Below, one piece after another: positions 30,626-45,702 of a DNA stretch of 64,000 nt. Under the pieces are notes generated by a model. It ran no database searches. It was not told where the DNA came from and saw nothing but the letters and a program-made list of their open reading frames with translations. The stretch lies in contig OZ024753.1 in NCBI GenBank assembly GCA_964016885.1, positions 19,282,001-19,346,000 of the forward strand. Reading direction: 5' to 3'. A program made the translations under genes and the position numbers. Position 1 is the stretch's first letter. Every line of letters starts with the position of its first letter. The DNA comes from Eledone cirrhosa (taxonomy: Eukaryota).

Positions 30626-30908
30626 TATATATATAATTCTTTCCTTGCTCACATTTCTACCAGGTTCGATGGTCTTTCGTCTCTTGTTCACGATTTCACA
30701 GAGTTTATATTCATAGAGATCTGGGACTTGTCTATTTCTACTCACTTTCCGTTGCTTAAACCCTTTTTGTTGTTACTCTAGCGTCCCCCTTTATTTACGT
30801 GTCCCAACGACTTTTTTTAGCCGTTGTTCGCACCAACCTGAGGCATATGGCCCTTAAAGCGATGAAATGCCGAGGACGGTTGGAGGGTCACTAATGAAGG
30901 ACTCACTT

Positions 30909-30960
<52 letters not shown>

Positions 30961-30967
<7 letters not shown>

Positions 30968-31275
30968 ATCAAAAGATGGTTAAAAGCGTTCCATGTATTA
31001 ATATTTGTGAATAGTGCAGTTTTAAATCAACATAAAACTGCACTATTCACAAGTGTTTTTTAACCTTCATATCATGTCTTCCTATTTTATCTGATGAAAA
31101 CACAAATATTATTGCATGATGATATTTGTTTTTTAAATGCGCATAATAAAATACATGTAACTCTTTTAACCATCTTTTGATCTTATATATTATATATACT
31201 CCAGTCCTACAAACTGTAGAGTGCTTCTTATCCGATATCTGCTTTGCTTTATTGTACTCCAATAAAACTTACCTC
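30961..31275. mobile_element. Foldback element with a decayed HHR at 31083-31152 (+)
   Basis: tattttat-CTGATGA-aaacacaaatat...atatttgttttt-TAAA (G12>T)-tgcgcATA-ataaaata; 30961-30985 is inverted to 31162-31187. Confidence 0.65.
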
Positions 31276-31279
31276 CTAC

Positions 31280-31350
<71 letters not shown>

Positions 31351-31363
31351 GTATATATATATA

Positions 31364-31439
<76 letters not shown>

Positions 31440-31556
31440 TAAATATATATGTATATATATATATATACATATATATACATATATACATATATATACTTAT
31501 ATATATAAGATTAAATCATGATCATTTAACATCTCAGGGTATGTCATGTCTCATTA

Positions 31557-31610
31557 TATTTTGTCTGATGACGACGTACTGTTGTACATCCGAAATATGT
31601 ATAATAAAAT
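31557..31610 (+). ncRNA. Type I HHR, family B'
   Basis: attttgt-CTGATGA-cgacgtac/tgtt/gtacatcc-GAAA-tatgtATA-ataaaat. Confidence 0.7.
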
Positions 31611-31754
31611 GTAATTGATCAACACAACAACTATTTTATTAATATTTATATTTTAATATTAATAACTCCGGAAAATTATTTATTTCGTAGAGTGCTTCCA
31701 ATCTACTATAAAAGTCATTCTATTATTCATTGATCATTGAATATTGTTTAACAC

Positions 31755-32079
<325 letters not shown>

Positions 32080-32094
32080 AAATATATATATATA

Positions 32095-32371
32095 TGCAGA
32101 AGTTATATTTAATTTGTTGGGATACAACAAGCAAATGTTTTTTTAACTGATATAAAGAACTCAAAAAGTGTTTGGAGTAATAATACGATATATTAATAAA
32201 TGGAAACTATATTTATAAAAAAATATTTATTTCATTATACATATTTCAAAGACACCAAAGCAAATTATGTTGCGATTTCATCAGATAAAATATAATATAG
32301 ATCAGTTTTATAAATAAATATTGACATACACTTAAACGAATGCGACCATGTCTGTTGGAAGCTCCCGGATA

Positions 32372-32373
<2 letters not shown>
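32095..32373 (-). mobile_element. Family B HHR element, single copy
   Basis: Minus strand starts ctatccgggagcttccaacag; HHR core at ~32228-32292. Confidence 0.8.
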
Positions 32374-32419
<46 letters not shown>

Positions 32420-32420
32420 G

Positions 32421-32496
<76 letters not shown>

Positions 32497-32517
32497 ATAT
32501 AGAGAGAGGGAGAGAGA

Positions 32518-33385
32518 TTGGGAGGGTCATGTTGCCAATAAGATCACACGCACCTCTTGATTTTCACATGGTTGGAGTTCGTTTATGTTTGTCACCTCTG
32601 TGATTTGTCTGAGCATTGCATCTTTTCTGTGTGTGATTATCATTTTTATCTCTATGTTCTCTAGTGTGCCCCTATAATCTATTTTGGCATGTTGGTGGAG
32701 TACTGATAAGTTTTTCACATCCTGGAGTTCTCACCAGTGTTCACTTATTCTTTCTCCTATGCTACGGGCTGTTTCACCAATGTATCTTATATTAATATTC
32801 CTACACTGTCCCTCTCTACATCCTATGCTATATACTACGTTACTAGTTTTTCAGTTAGTTTGTTGGCTTCGTTTGCAGACTATGTATTTCCTATCAGCAC
32901 AGGGGATCTTTGAAATGGGTATGTTTTGCTAATAAAACATACCCATTGAGTCATCACAACTAGTAATTAGAACAAAATGAAGACATGCAGAGACACAGAA
33001 GAACCAAGCTAACAAAACAAATCAGACACACAGATAGAACCAACAACTAGTGACAAGTAAATAAACACATAATTAAATAAAAGAAAACACACACCCGTAT
33101 GTAACGCATGCGCAAACTAAACAAGCAACACACAACGCACAAAAACAAGATGGTGTAGAACAGAACAAAGGAGAGACACAAAATAAAGGTCACAGAATTA
33201 GTGACGAAAGAGCTTTGGCAATATATAAACAACCTTCCGGGAATTTGTAATAGATTGAAGTGAAAATGAACAGGTGCGTGTGTTTTTATTGTCAACATGA
33301 CCCTCCCAATGTATGCCAATATCTGTTTCAAGACACTTTTTCAGATAAGAAATCTTGCAAAACATATTTAAAAACAAATTACATA
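32518..33385. mobile_element. Family C PLE remnant with GIY-YIG endonuclease (minus, ~32570-32860) and inverted 3' region
   Basis: NVVYSIGC...RYIGETARSIGERISEH...SVLHQHAK...RQITE; the inversion pivot is the palindrome aatgggtatgtttt-gctaat-aaaacatacccatt at ~32914-32947. Confidence 0.8.
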
Positions 33386-33410
33386 AGTATATATATATAT
33401 ATATATATAT

Positions 33411-33608
33411 ATAACAACAAAGAGGATGTGTTACGATACGGGGTGGACCGTAACGCACCAAAGTACTCAATACTTAGTTTAGTAGAGTGGGTAATAGGAA
33501 AAGAGTCAGGACCCCGACGGATGATCTCCGGCCCTTTCGACAGCTAGTTCGGATCTAGCTGTCGAAACGGCCGGAGCTCAACCGCCGGGGTCATGACCCT
33601 TTTCCTAT
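33411..33608. mobile_element. Family A (short stem II subfamily) palindrome
   Basis: Centre gacagctag-ttcggat-ctagctgtc-GAAA. Confidence 0.85.
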
Positions 33609-33629
33609 ACACACACACACACGCACACC

Positions 33630-33720
<91 letters not shown>

Positions 33721-34497
33721 CCTATACCTGATACAGAAATAGTTGAAAGTCCACTACTTCTCTGAACAGACGTCTATATTTTCCTGCGAATTGGGTTCAT
33801 TTCTATTGTCCAAACCGTTGGAAAAAAGCGCCAATATCTTTGTAATTAATCCGATCCCCTGCTATTTAGTTGTACCCAGACAATTGAGAATTCTCGATGG
33901 TAGGTGGGATAAGAAACATAAATTCTTTGAAAGGATAAATATTATTGGCTACTTTCCATTATGTCATAATATAGCATTCGGTTTTGTAAAAGATATATGA
34001 AAGTAAAATTAGAAATACTTGGCGTCGTGTCCACATGGGTGACAGTATTAATTTCATTTATTTTGAATGTACTTCCTTGTCAACGGGTATATCATGGTCA
34101 GAGTGTGTACTTTATTCATAATAACCTTGTAGCACTTCTTGAATTTACAGCATTTTTATTAGCACTATTGGTATTTGGTGCCGATTCTATTCATTCTTTA
34201 TGGGCAGAATTCCACATGTATTGTAAATAATCGATACCTTCAATTTTTTCAAGATATGGGTCAAACATATTTCAGAGAAATGTTAGAAATGATCGAATCT
34301 AGTGAAGGAGAATTATGTGCCAAAACAAGCCCGAGTGATTTCTTTGAAAAGTAAAAACTGAAATTAGTGGTGGTGGTGTAGGACATTTTGAGAGAGAACA
34401 CTAAGTATATGTCAACCTCACGATTGTCTTATTGGCAATAATAAATATAAAGACAGGTTCTGCGTAGTATAGTAGTCGATTGAACCACACTCAGCGC

Positions 34498-34540
<43 letters not shown>

Positions 34541-34544
34541 ATAA

Positions 34545-35150
34545 TAATAAAATTGAAGACTAAAACCCAAAGAGGGCTCGATAAGGAAAATATATATCAA
34601 ATATATAAGAACCGAAGAGCAAATATTTATTAATATAACAGATTAAAGTTTAAGCAAAGAATCGATGCTTTCACCCTTAACGGGATCTTCTGAAACTAAC
34701 AAAGTCAATCTGTAAACGCAGAACTGGATATTTCAAAAAACGTTGACAACTTCCGCTATACCATTTACGTGGTTTTGTCTTTGCGTGCTATTGTTCTCCA
34801 CGCTCCACATATGACTTAGTATCTTCGTTTTTTCGTTCATTGCCAGAGAACGTCTCTATGCACCCCTTAGAGAACATTAATCTACGACCTCTTTTATACC
34901 ATAAACGTGGTTCTGTCTTTGCGCGTAATTGTTTTTCACCGCTCCTATTAATGACGTATTATTCGTTTTTTCCCGTTCTTTGCCAGCGAACGTCACCATG
35001 AACCAAAGTATCGTCTTCCTGTCTTCCTCCGGTTGCAACGTTTTTTGAAATATCCAGTTCTACGTTTACAGATTGACTTTGTTAGTTTCAGAAGATCCCG
35101 TTAAGGGTGAAAGCAGCGATTCTTTGCTTAAACTTTAATCTGTTATATTA

Positions 35151-35157
<7 letters not shown>
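34545..35157. mobile_element. Family D pLTR palindrome with two HHR motifs (minus 34647-34697, plus 35084-35134)
   Basis: agttt-CAGAAGA-tcccgttaagggt-GAAA-gca...tgCTT-aaact; internal ~125-bp tandem duplication. Confidence 0.8.
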
Positions 35158-35196
<39 letters not shown>

Positions 35197-35416
35197 ATGT
35201 AATAAACAACATAAGGCAATTATTCCATTTACCAGTGGTTTCTTAAAAGCAAAATGTTTTGCTTTCAATCCTCAGAACGAAAAAATCCTGGTTTGTTTAT
35301 TGAATTTGGATCTTAAAAACAAAAAAAGCAAGCTATATGAAAGTGAGGCTGGAGAGGGAAGAAGGAAAGGAAAAAATAAAAACAAAATAAGACTACCCAT
35401 ACAACCACACATACAC

Positions 35417-35506
<90 letters not shown>

Positions 35507-36069
35507 ACACACACACACACACGCATGTGTATGCGCGCACGCACGCACGCGTATACAAATATAGAGCACTCTTTTTTCCTGGAATTTTCCGACGGAATTA
35601 CTTCATTTACATATATATATATATATATTATATGTATATATATATATACACACACACAAAGAGAGAGAAGGTGTATCAAGCGGTTTCCGCTTGTGTATAC
35701 AACAAGCTTTATCAAGTACTTTATCGAGCATGTGTGTGTGTGTGTGTGTGTGTGTGCATGTGCGTGTGTTTGTATGTGTGTGTTTATAAATATATATATA
35801 TAAGTATATATGTTTGTATATATATCTATGTATATATATATATATATATATTTAAAGAGAGAATCGGAAGATTTGAAAGAAGCACCTCATGTCTTTTTTA
35901 TTTATTACGCATATCATATGAATAGAACACAACAAATAAAGTTGTTTTCAATATAAAAAAGAATAGCGTTTGTACGTTTGTGCTTGGCGATCTTCGCTGA
36001 AAACAGCTTTTCAAATGTTTTCTCATGTGTAATTCACTAGCTTTGCATTTTTAATATATATATATACAT

Positions 36070-36245
36070 AAAGAATTGATGCTTTCACCCTTAACGGGAT
36101 CTTCAGAAACTATATATATATATTGTTATACTACTGGTGCGTGTGTTTCTTATTGGCAACATGACCCTCCCAATGTATAACAATATCGGTTTCAACACAC
36201 GTTTTCAGATAAAGAATATTGCTAAACAAATTCAGAAACGAAATA
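36070..36245. mobile_element. Family D HHR fragment (minus, canonical CTGAAGA, 36070-36111) and family C 3' terminus (36134-36245)
   Basis: Minus strand: agttt-CTGAAGA-tcccgttaagggt-GAAA-gcat; the second part matches 16819-16928. Confidence 0.7.
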
Positions 36246-36249
36246 TATA

Positions 36250-38118
36250 TATATATTAAAATAACAGATCAAAATGTAAGCAAAGAATCGCTGTTTTCAC
36301 CCTTAACAGGATCTTCTTAAATAAACAAAAGTCAATCTGTGTACGCAGAAGTGAATATTTCAAAAAATGTCGCAACCTGAGGAAGTCAGGAAGACGATAC
36401 TTTGGTTCGTGGAAAACGTTCTCTGGCAAAGAACGGGAAAAAACGAATATAATACGTCATTATTTGGAGCGATGAAAAACAATTACACGCAAAGACAAAA
36501 CCACGTTTATGGTATAAAAGAAGTCGTAGACTAATATTCTCTTAGGTGGTTCATAGAGACGTTCTCTGGCAATGAACGGAAAAAAATGAATATAATACGT
36601 CATATGTGGGGCGTAGAGAACAATTGCACGCAAAGACAAAACCACGTAAATGGTATAGCTGAAGTCGTAGACTAAAATTCTAACTAGGAAACCGAATGAT
36701 TCTCGGCTTCAGAGTTAAGAATAAAGTAAATAAAATACAGAGGTAATTGAAATTAAATAAATACATACACGCATCCATATACGTACATACACAAGCATAC
36801 GCGAAAACACTAGCCATAGGTATACAAATACACGCACATATAAATATGTGTGTGTGCGTGTATACAAATAATTAAATAAACGTATATAAATAAATAAATA
36901 CGTATATAACAAGCGCACACACATACCTACGTGTAAATACACATATGTTCGGAGACCAACGTCAACCAAAACACGAAGCATACATATACACGCACCCTAC
37001 ATATGTACGAACCCGCATACTCACACAGACGCAAAACTCACGTACAAACATAACCAAATGCATATGTACCAGAATATATAAAATATACGCCATAACATAT
37101 ACAATCAAATATACGTACGAGAAAGCATACGTACCTTCACAAAACATACACGTAATATATACTTACCTATGCAAATAAGTAATGGTATAAACATAACAGT
37201 TACTTAGCTACCACATCAAGACGTCAAATATCCGCGTATAGATCGTACTATCCGTTAATGTATAATGTGGGGCTGTAATACAGGAATTTTTTTGTGCAAT
37301 TTATGTTTACAAGCTGAAATTGCCTCAGATTATTTGTTTAAGATAAGGTCTGTGGCGTAGAGTATTTCCAGGGCCTCAGCGGCGCAGAGGTCACATGGCC
37401 TTTTATTTCCGTTATACGATCTAGCCTTAGCTAGGATCTCCCAGTGCAACTTATATTGGGGGTGGTTGCCTTTTAGACTCCAGATATAAGCTGAATTTCG
37501 CGTATGCTTGTGTAAGTACGTATATGGATACGTGTATGTATTTATTTAATTTCAGTTACCTCTGTATTTTATTTACTTTATTCTTAACTCTGAAGCCGAG
37601 AATCATTCGGTTTCCTAGTTAGAATTTTAGTCTACGACTTCGGTTATACCATTTACGTGGTTTTGTCTTTGCGTGCAATTGTTCTCCACGGTCCACATAT
37701 GACGTATTATCTTCGTTGTTTCCGTTCATTGACAGAGAACGTCTCTATGAACCACCTAAGCTAATATTAGTCTACGACTTCTTTTATACCATAAACGCGG
37801 TTTTGTCTTTGCGTGTAATTGTTTTTCACCGTTCCAAATAATGACGTATTATATTCGTTTTTTCCCGTTCTTTGCCAGGGAACGTTTCCACGAACCAAAG
37901 TATCGTCTTCCTGACTTCCTCCGGTTGCTAGTTTTTTTTTGATATTCACTTCTGCGTTCACAGATTAACTTTGTTAGTATCAGAAGATCCCGTTAAGGGT
38001 GAAATCAGCGATTATTTGCTTAAACTTTAATCTGTTATTTTAATAAATATTTGCTCTTCGGTTCTTATATATTTGATATATATTTATCCTTATCGAGCCC
38101 TCTTTGGATTTTAGTCCT
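36250..38118 (-). mobile_element. 5'-truncated PLE (family D): endonuclease C-terminus, 3' pLTR and inverted pLTR (37498-38118, HHR 37976-38026)
   Basis: Minus ~37280-37495 reads SAYIWSLK...YKLHWEILAKARSYNGNKRPCDLCAAEALEIL...LNK*SEAISACKH, typical of a PLE GIY-YIG tail. ~36260-36800 is inverted relative to ~37500-38045. Confidence 0.8.
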
Positions 38119-40454
38119 TATAGTACCTCTATCTTTCAGACATTCGCCCTATATTGTCCAATATTGTGGAATGGCTCTTCCAGTGCATCTCCCTTACCAT
38201 ATTCCCGGGTATCGCCTTCTACATTCTGGCCGCCGGTGCTGTGTGACGGCCATCACGTGGGACACCATTTGCTCACTATACAGAGAGATGCGGAGCATGA
38301 GAGAGATGGGGGCAATGGTGGTGCGAGTTGGGCTCTTAGGTCTTCGGACACATTGCACCTGACAAGAGTGTATACTGATGTACTAATTTTACTATATGGC
38401 ATCTATTTTATTCCCTATGAGGATATCCTCATACACATCGTTAAATTGTTTCCCGTTCCTCTCTCTTGTTTTTGCTTTTCTGTTTATCTTTGAAAGTTTA
38501 GTTTAAAAGAAGCTAAAGTTCTGTTACAAAGGCCAGTGTTGGATTTCAAGCAGATTAAGAAGCGATTTCAAACGTCATTATCATCCTTCATTAATTTGTC
38601 GATACTCGTTCCTAGTTGGTTGTCTGTTGTTGCTGTTGATGTGATGGAGGAGAGGAGGGGACTCCAGAAGCTGGCACAGCTAACTATACGACAAAAAATA
38701 TTCTGTACTGACAATCAAATAATTCAGAAGCTTAAATTTATTGCAAACGTCCCTTCACACAATATGACGAATATGATGGATTTTCTATCCAATTCGAAGA
38801 TGTGTTTTCGAGTGATCACTCAATTATATCTGCTCATGTATCAGCATGAGTCAATGTCCACCTTATGTGTTCCCTTCATATATTTCCTAATATAAACGAA
38901 ATATTCAAGAAAGTGGTGAGTAGAATTTGAAAGTGGAAATAGAAATCATAGTCGTAACTTTTTGACAGTATAAAATAGTCTAACAATAACGGATCCAAAG
39001 AGATTGTACGCCTCGTTATTATTAGAATATTTTATTTGGTCAAACACATTTCCATTTAATATATTTCTCAACCAAATTCTGCGTCATACTATGTGACAAA
39101 TTTGCACGATTGAGTTACAAATACGATTTATGTGTCGGACTTCCAAAGAGTTTCCGTCTGCCCAATTTCACTTCAAAAATTTGGTCCAGCCGTATCTCTA
39201 CTAAAAGACATACTTAATGACTCTTGTTCAAGAGATTCCAGAACTTGACGCTTGAGAAACGGTCAGTTTAATTACTGAAACCCGTCTTCATGATACGCGA
39301 GATTTCCTGAAACGCCCAGCAAATATGTTGAGAAATTAGTAACAGTGTTTTATTTGTACAATTCCAATGCCATTCCTTCATAATATATGTCATTTTAAGA
39401 CATTAAACTGAATCAATAAATTGATTATTGTTGCTCAATGCTCTACATATATCATTCTGATATCATGTCTCATCATATTCAATTTTTTTTCTATGAAGCG
39501 CGATCTAATATAAGCAACTGTTGTAATGGCGTCGGCTGAGTTGACCTATAACCTACGTCTTTCAAATCCTGTTTTGTCATAACGTCTGCTAGAACGCGTA
39601 GTAGTATGTATGTATGTATGTATGTATGTATGTATGTATGTATGTATGTATGTATTTATGTATTTATGTATGTATGTATTTATGTATGTATGAATGCATG
39701 TATGCATGTAGGTATGTGTGTATGTATGCATGTATGTATGTATATGTGTATTTATGAATGTATGTATATATGTATGTATATATGTATGCATCTATGTATG
39801 AATGTATGTAGGTATATATGTATATTGGGCATTTATAAGCTGGTGGAGTTCATCTCCCCTCCTGTCGTTTTTCTGTATATGCACCGTACGTTCAATTTGT
39901 GAAGAAGATTATTTTGCTGTTCGGGGTGGATAAATGAGGTTCTTATCACATTTTAGAGCAGGAGATTCCCCATCTCACCCTCCTCCACGAGAAATAGAGT
40001 CTCGTGATAGGAGGGGCGTATGGAAGCGGTAGAATAGTGATTATCCTAGCAAAATGAAGAAGAAGGGAGCTGCATATGTCGCAGAATATATTACAAGTTG
40101 ATAACATGTACAAAACCTCCGCGGTTACAGACGAAATTCTTCATTACGGTTCTTTATTTACAAGACGTACATATATGGCTAAATCCAGTCCAGCTGTTCT
40201 ATGGGACATATACCTCTAGCTGTCTCTCTCTCTCAACTTGTTCAAATAGAATGTCCTATATCTAATTATATAGGTAAGAATTCCTCATGTGATTCAACAT
40301 ACCTTCTATAATGACATGTATTACATTATTTGCATGTACATACAATTTCCTAGCTGTCACATCAGTCTGGGGCTGCTGGGGTTAACTCCTGTTCACTCTT
40401 CGAGGTTCCGGGGGTGGCCTCCTCTGTACAACGAATCTTTGAGGTGACTTTTTC

Positions 40455-40860
40455 ATGTTAATTTGGACGACATGGTCACTTCAGAAGCTCTCTACATTCC
40501 AGAACCACATCATGAGACTTATGACTAGCAAACGGCTCAGCGACCGTATCTGTATCAGGGAGCTGCTCAACATTACCAACCTTAAACCAATTACATCAAT
40601 TGGCAAGTCAAGAGTACTCAAACTATACAGTCATATAAAAAGATCAACTCGTGGTGTGAGTAGGTTATGCCTGGAAGGAAGGTTGGCTGGTAAGAGAAGC
40701 AGAGGCTGGCAGACAGATCGATAGCTGGAAAATGTCAAATTATGGACTGGACTTGATTTTTGCTCTTTGAACTCTGCTATTGGTGATCGAATTTTGTAGA
40801 GAGAGATATCTCCCGTTGATGCGCAGTCTGCAACTGGCGGAGTTTAGCGTCACAAGAAGA
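40455..40860 (+). mobile_element. RTE-clade LINE RT C-terminal fragment
   Basis: KLSTFQNHIMR...LKLYSHIKR...LEGRLAGKRSRG... Confidence 0.7.
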
Positions 40861-41038
40861 ATGATTTCATGTGGTGATGTTTTATTGCTTTATGACTCTA
40901 TGTTCCTTGAAAACTATATATATTTACTATTTCTCACTAAAAAATTTAACCCCCCCCCCAATAATTATATGTATATATAAGTGTATATGTGTGTGTATAT
41001 ATATGTGTATGTATGTATATATGCATGTATATGTCTAT

Positions 41039-41075
<37 letters not shown>

Positions 41076-41282
41076 CATATATATACACATATATATATAT
41101 TAATTTAATTGATGGGTATATTTATCTTGATAAAATTATACTAATACATATAGATATGATAAATAATTGTTAGATGCAGTTGAAAAGTGCTGTTAAATAT
41201 GAGGGGAAATTAAAAGAATATAAAAATAATATATATATATATATATACTTATACATATATATATATACATATATATACACAT

Positions 41283-41335
<53 letters not shown>

Positions 41336-41717
41336 CACTTACATATATACATATATATACATATGTATACACATACACACACACACACATATATATATAT
41401 ACATATATATACACATATATATATATATATATACATAGATATATACATGCATATATACATACATACACATATATATACACACACATATGCACTTATATAT
41501 ACATTTAATTATTGGGGGGGGGGATTACATTTATTAGTGAGAAATAGTAAATATATATATAGTTTTCAAGGAACATAGAGTCATAACCTGAAGTTAAAGC
41601 ATTATATATGTTTACTTAATGGTATCAGTTTTAGGAAATGATATTTGTAAGAAGGAAAGCAAAATTATGTAGTTCATCAGTAGTAGAATATTAATTATAG
41701 GTTAACTAAATTAAAAA

Positions 41718-42070
41718 TATGCGGAACCCCCCGCCATGCGTCTCCACTCACGCAGGGTTTCCCCACAGACATCCGTGATCTCGCCACATGTGTGACATGA
41801 CACGTGCTCGTTCAGCTCCCGAAAGTCCAGTACCGACCTCACCTTGTTCTTCGTGGGTTGCGGCACCGCCATTAACGGCAATACTCCACACTTCACCTCC
41901 TCTTTCCAGGGAAGCAGTATGCTCTCCTCAATCCATCTCTCTACCTCTCGCTCGAACTCGCTCCTAATATCTCCCTTCAATGTGTGTTGATAGCAGCCCA
42001 CTTTGGTCTTCAGTGTTAGTGGTTCTCCCTTCCAGTACCACTCAAAAACCCATCGCTGCCATCGAACACG
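41718..42070 (-). mobile_element. LTR retrotransposon (Gypsy-like) pol/RT fragment
   Basis: FEREVERWIEESIL...LPLMAVPQPTKNKVRSVLDFRELNEHV...LREWRRM. Confidence 0.7.
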
Positions 42071-42077
42071 GCCGCAG

Positions 42078-42250
42078 TGGATTGGCAGTATCGGTAGAGG
42101 GCTTTGACGCATAGAGTTACGGCCCTTGCCATTCTGAGTTCAAATCCCGCCGAGGTTAACTTTGCCTTTCATCCTTACGGGATCGATAAAATAAAGTACC
42201 AGTAATGAACTGGGTAATTGGTGGCCTTGTGCCAAAAGTAGAAACAATTA
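42078..42250 (+). mobile_element. tRNA-derived SINE
   Basis: Same family as 3276-3470. Confidence 0.85.
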
Positions 42251-42730
42251 ATATATACAGGACATCCTTTTACATACATCCTGTTTCAATTCTATCTAAT
42301 TAATATTCCATGTGTATATACAGGATACATTTAGAACAAAAAAACAATAAAATCTAATTGTCCCTCGTCGGGAAATATACACAGAGGGAATAGTGGAGAA
42401 AAAGGAAGATAGAGGGGGAAACATGGAGAGATATGACAATTCTTATATACAAACACGCATAACTGGGTGTGTGTTTAAACGGATAATGTTTCATTCTAAT
42501 TTCATGATATTTACAAATATTTATACATATATATATTAGAAAATGTGGTTAATTTTTTACAAAATGAAATAAAACGAAATATCCTACACGAGTGAAAGTA
42601 TAAGGAAAAAGATGAAATCGAAAATGCAACTGGAGTCTTTTTTAAGAATATTTATTTGGTCCATTTACCGGTTTCGCAGTTGTTGTGCTTTTCAAAAGGG
42701 GAATTGAGATGGAGAGTTTGTGGATTTTCT

Positions 42731-43026
<296 letters not shown>

Positions 43027-43616
43027 AACTATATGTATATATATACTAGCAGAGGTACCCGGCGTTGCCCGGTATTATTCTCAATGGAATTGTCGTTCAA
43101 ATGAACCGAAAGACTTCCGTTAAACACGACTATAGACGTAATAGTTTACGGGTGTTGGCCCTAAAGATGGCCTTTGAAATATCTCTGTGGCCGTGCTGCC
43201 AGCAAAGACGACTCCAATTAGAGGTGGTGGCCCTTAAGAAGTCCTTCACACCACTTTGGTATGTCTAATTTGCTTTGCTTGTTATTTGAGATTTTAAACT
43301 AGAAAAGCATGTAACAGTCGGTGGCCACAAAAACGGCCTTGGCAAGATGACGCTGGAATGTCAAAAGAAAATCTGTAAATAAGATGCAGGGAAAAGTAGA
43401 TTAATTGGGTTAAAACTACTGAACATCGATAGCAAAGCGTAATAGCAACATATAAATGCGGAAAACGGAAATATTGAACAATTATAACGTATAGCAAAAG
43501 CAACCCCAGAAGCGTACGTGGTATTTCAAAAAGGACAAAAATAGCACACGGATACACAAATGTAAGCAGTTATACAAAAAGAAAAACAGCGATTACCTGT
43601 TGGCGGAGTGGGTGCC

Positions 43617-45702
43617 TACAAAACTTCCTTAAAGACTATATATGGGGTTTTATCGCGAGCTGCAAAAGCAAATAGGTTATGTCGGCTCCCCACTCGAGAG
43701 CAGCCAACATATAGTTGACCATGGGAGAAGCACGTTTCTTCTAAATTAAGCCCTACACCCGTCAGCGTCTGACCCTGTGATTTGTTAATCGACATGGCAA
43801 AACTGAGTCGGAGAGGGAATTGCAGCCTTCTGAATGTGAAAGAAATGTCTTTACCGGATGGAATGAGAGGTTTCCTTGGTATGAAGACAGTATCCCCCTT
43901 ACCACATCATGTAAGTATTGTTGCCTCAATAACATGAGGCATCGCCTTTTGGATGACCAGACGCATGCCGTTGGAAACCCTTCGGGGTTCCAAATTTCTG
44001 AGGAGCATGACAGAGGCACCTTTCTTAAGTCGCAGTATGTGTGGTAGCAATCCGGGAGGGTCTAGGGAGTTAAGAAATTATGTGGGGTAATTAATAACTT
44101 CGTCCGGATCAGCGATAGAGTCAAGGGACTTGTAGACGTGCAGGTTTCCAGGCAAGCACAGCATGAACTATTCCAACTATGTGGTTTTTCGAAGCCAATA
44201 TTGCGCGTTCACACAACCACTCTTGATTTGTGTAGTTCTCCTCAAGATTAATAAAAACAGACATCCGTAACTCAGCAATTGACTTAACGCATCTGCAAAT
44301 CCCTGTGAGGTCCGCTGTACCCTCTTCGTCGAGTGGGACTTTGCCATCTCCCAACAACAAAATGGCAGCAGCAAAACCCGCTGATGTCTCATCACCTTGC
44401 AGTTGTGCTCTCATGTTTGTTGTAGGCGTCAGCTTTCTTACATAACACCAAAGTGGAGAGGCCTTAAGGCATGCCCAACGTCATCAGCCCGCGTACCTTT
44501 TGGGATTACAGGCAGAGTTTGTCAGAACTCCCCAGATAACAGGAAAGTAACACCTTCCATTGGTTCTTGACAGTCCCTGATATCTAAGAGTGATCGGTTT
44601 AATGCCTCAAAAGCCGCCCTGTGGGCCATGTGCATTCGTCCCAAACAATTAGTAGGCAGCGCTTTAACACCAGCGCTTTTCCGGAAGACTTGCTGATTTT
44701 GCACGTGGGTGTCTCAGATGATGCCCCGTTGAGAGGAAAACTGAAAGCAGAATGGGCTGTACTGCCACCAGGCAGCAAAGTTGCTGCAATGCTGGAAGAA
44801 GCCACGACCAATGCGATGTTTCCGTGTTGCCTCACTGCAGCGAGTAAAAGTTTGATTACAAATGTTTTTCCCGTGCCTCCAGGTGCGTCGAGGAAGAATA
44901 TAAACCCTCCCCGATTACGGATGGAATCAACGACAATGTTGTAGGCTTGTTTTTGATCCATTAGAAGGTTTGGTTCATACTCTTCAACATACCTTTTGAG
45001 TTCGTCGACATCATATGTCGTTTCACGTATAATGTCGTTGGGAATGTCAGATGGCGCATCTCGAAGTGTTTGCGGAAGCCCATATTTCTCCAAGACATCT
45101 CCGCCCATTGAAGCCATTCTGTCTTCAATATCGATCAGAGCTCTATTATATATAGCGTCTGAAAAGCCGACATCTAAGTTTTGAGATTGCAATTGAGTGA
45201 GACGCCTATATTCGTCTGCGAAATCACCGTTAAACTTTTGCCATAAAGAGTAAGGATCGCTCAATTCACAGACGTGCAAGAGGATAGCAAAACGTGCTCT
45301 TAGACAACCGGATGATTGTGAGATGGCAGATTTCGTCAAGGTTGCATCCCATTGAGCGTCATCTTCTAAAAGTCCACGCCTCAAGCAGGCTTCCCTGTAC
45401 GTTCCGCAGGTGTATCCATCGACGGTTCTCAGATGATAGAAGCTAGTTGGCCCTCTTACCTCGTGCAGCAGAAATCGCAGGTTGAAGCATTCGTTTTGCT
45501 TAGGGTGGACCGTATAAACTCGCCCAAGGCAATTGTCGAATTTGATGCCTGGATGTCCAACCACCTCCTGTCCTACCTTCCTTCGTAGCCATTTTCTCCG
45601 GTTCCCTGTATAGTAATACGGTATTTCAGAATACAGCAGAGTTCGAGCGAAGTCGTCGTGTTGACAAAGTTTGAAAAAAGCGGTGAATGTAGTTTCCGTC
45701 AA
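43617..45702 (-). pseudogene. Helitron RepHel C-terminal part: PIF1-like SF1B helicase, frameshifted
   Basis: ORF 44599-45702 has GRVYTVHP, VRGPTSF, CLRRGLLEDD, Walker A DAPGGTGKT, TAHS and IVWDE; downstream frames give MLLRNL, QFPLRLSFAMSINKSQGQTL and FSHGQLYVGCSRV. Confidence 0.9.

Noticed and set aside
30830-30886. HHR-like ccaac-CTGAGGC...GAAA...gttgg (similar weak case at 25865-25930)
   Set aside because: Core and cleavage triplet mismatched and stems II/III are weak; too degenerate to call.
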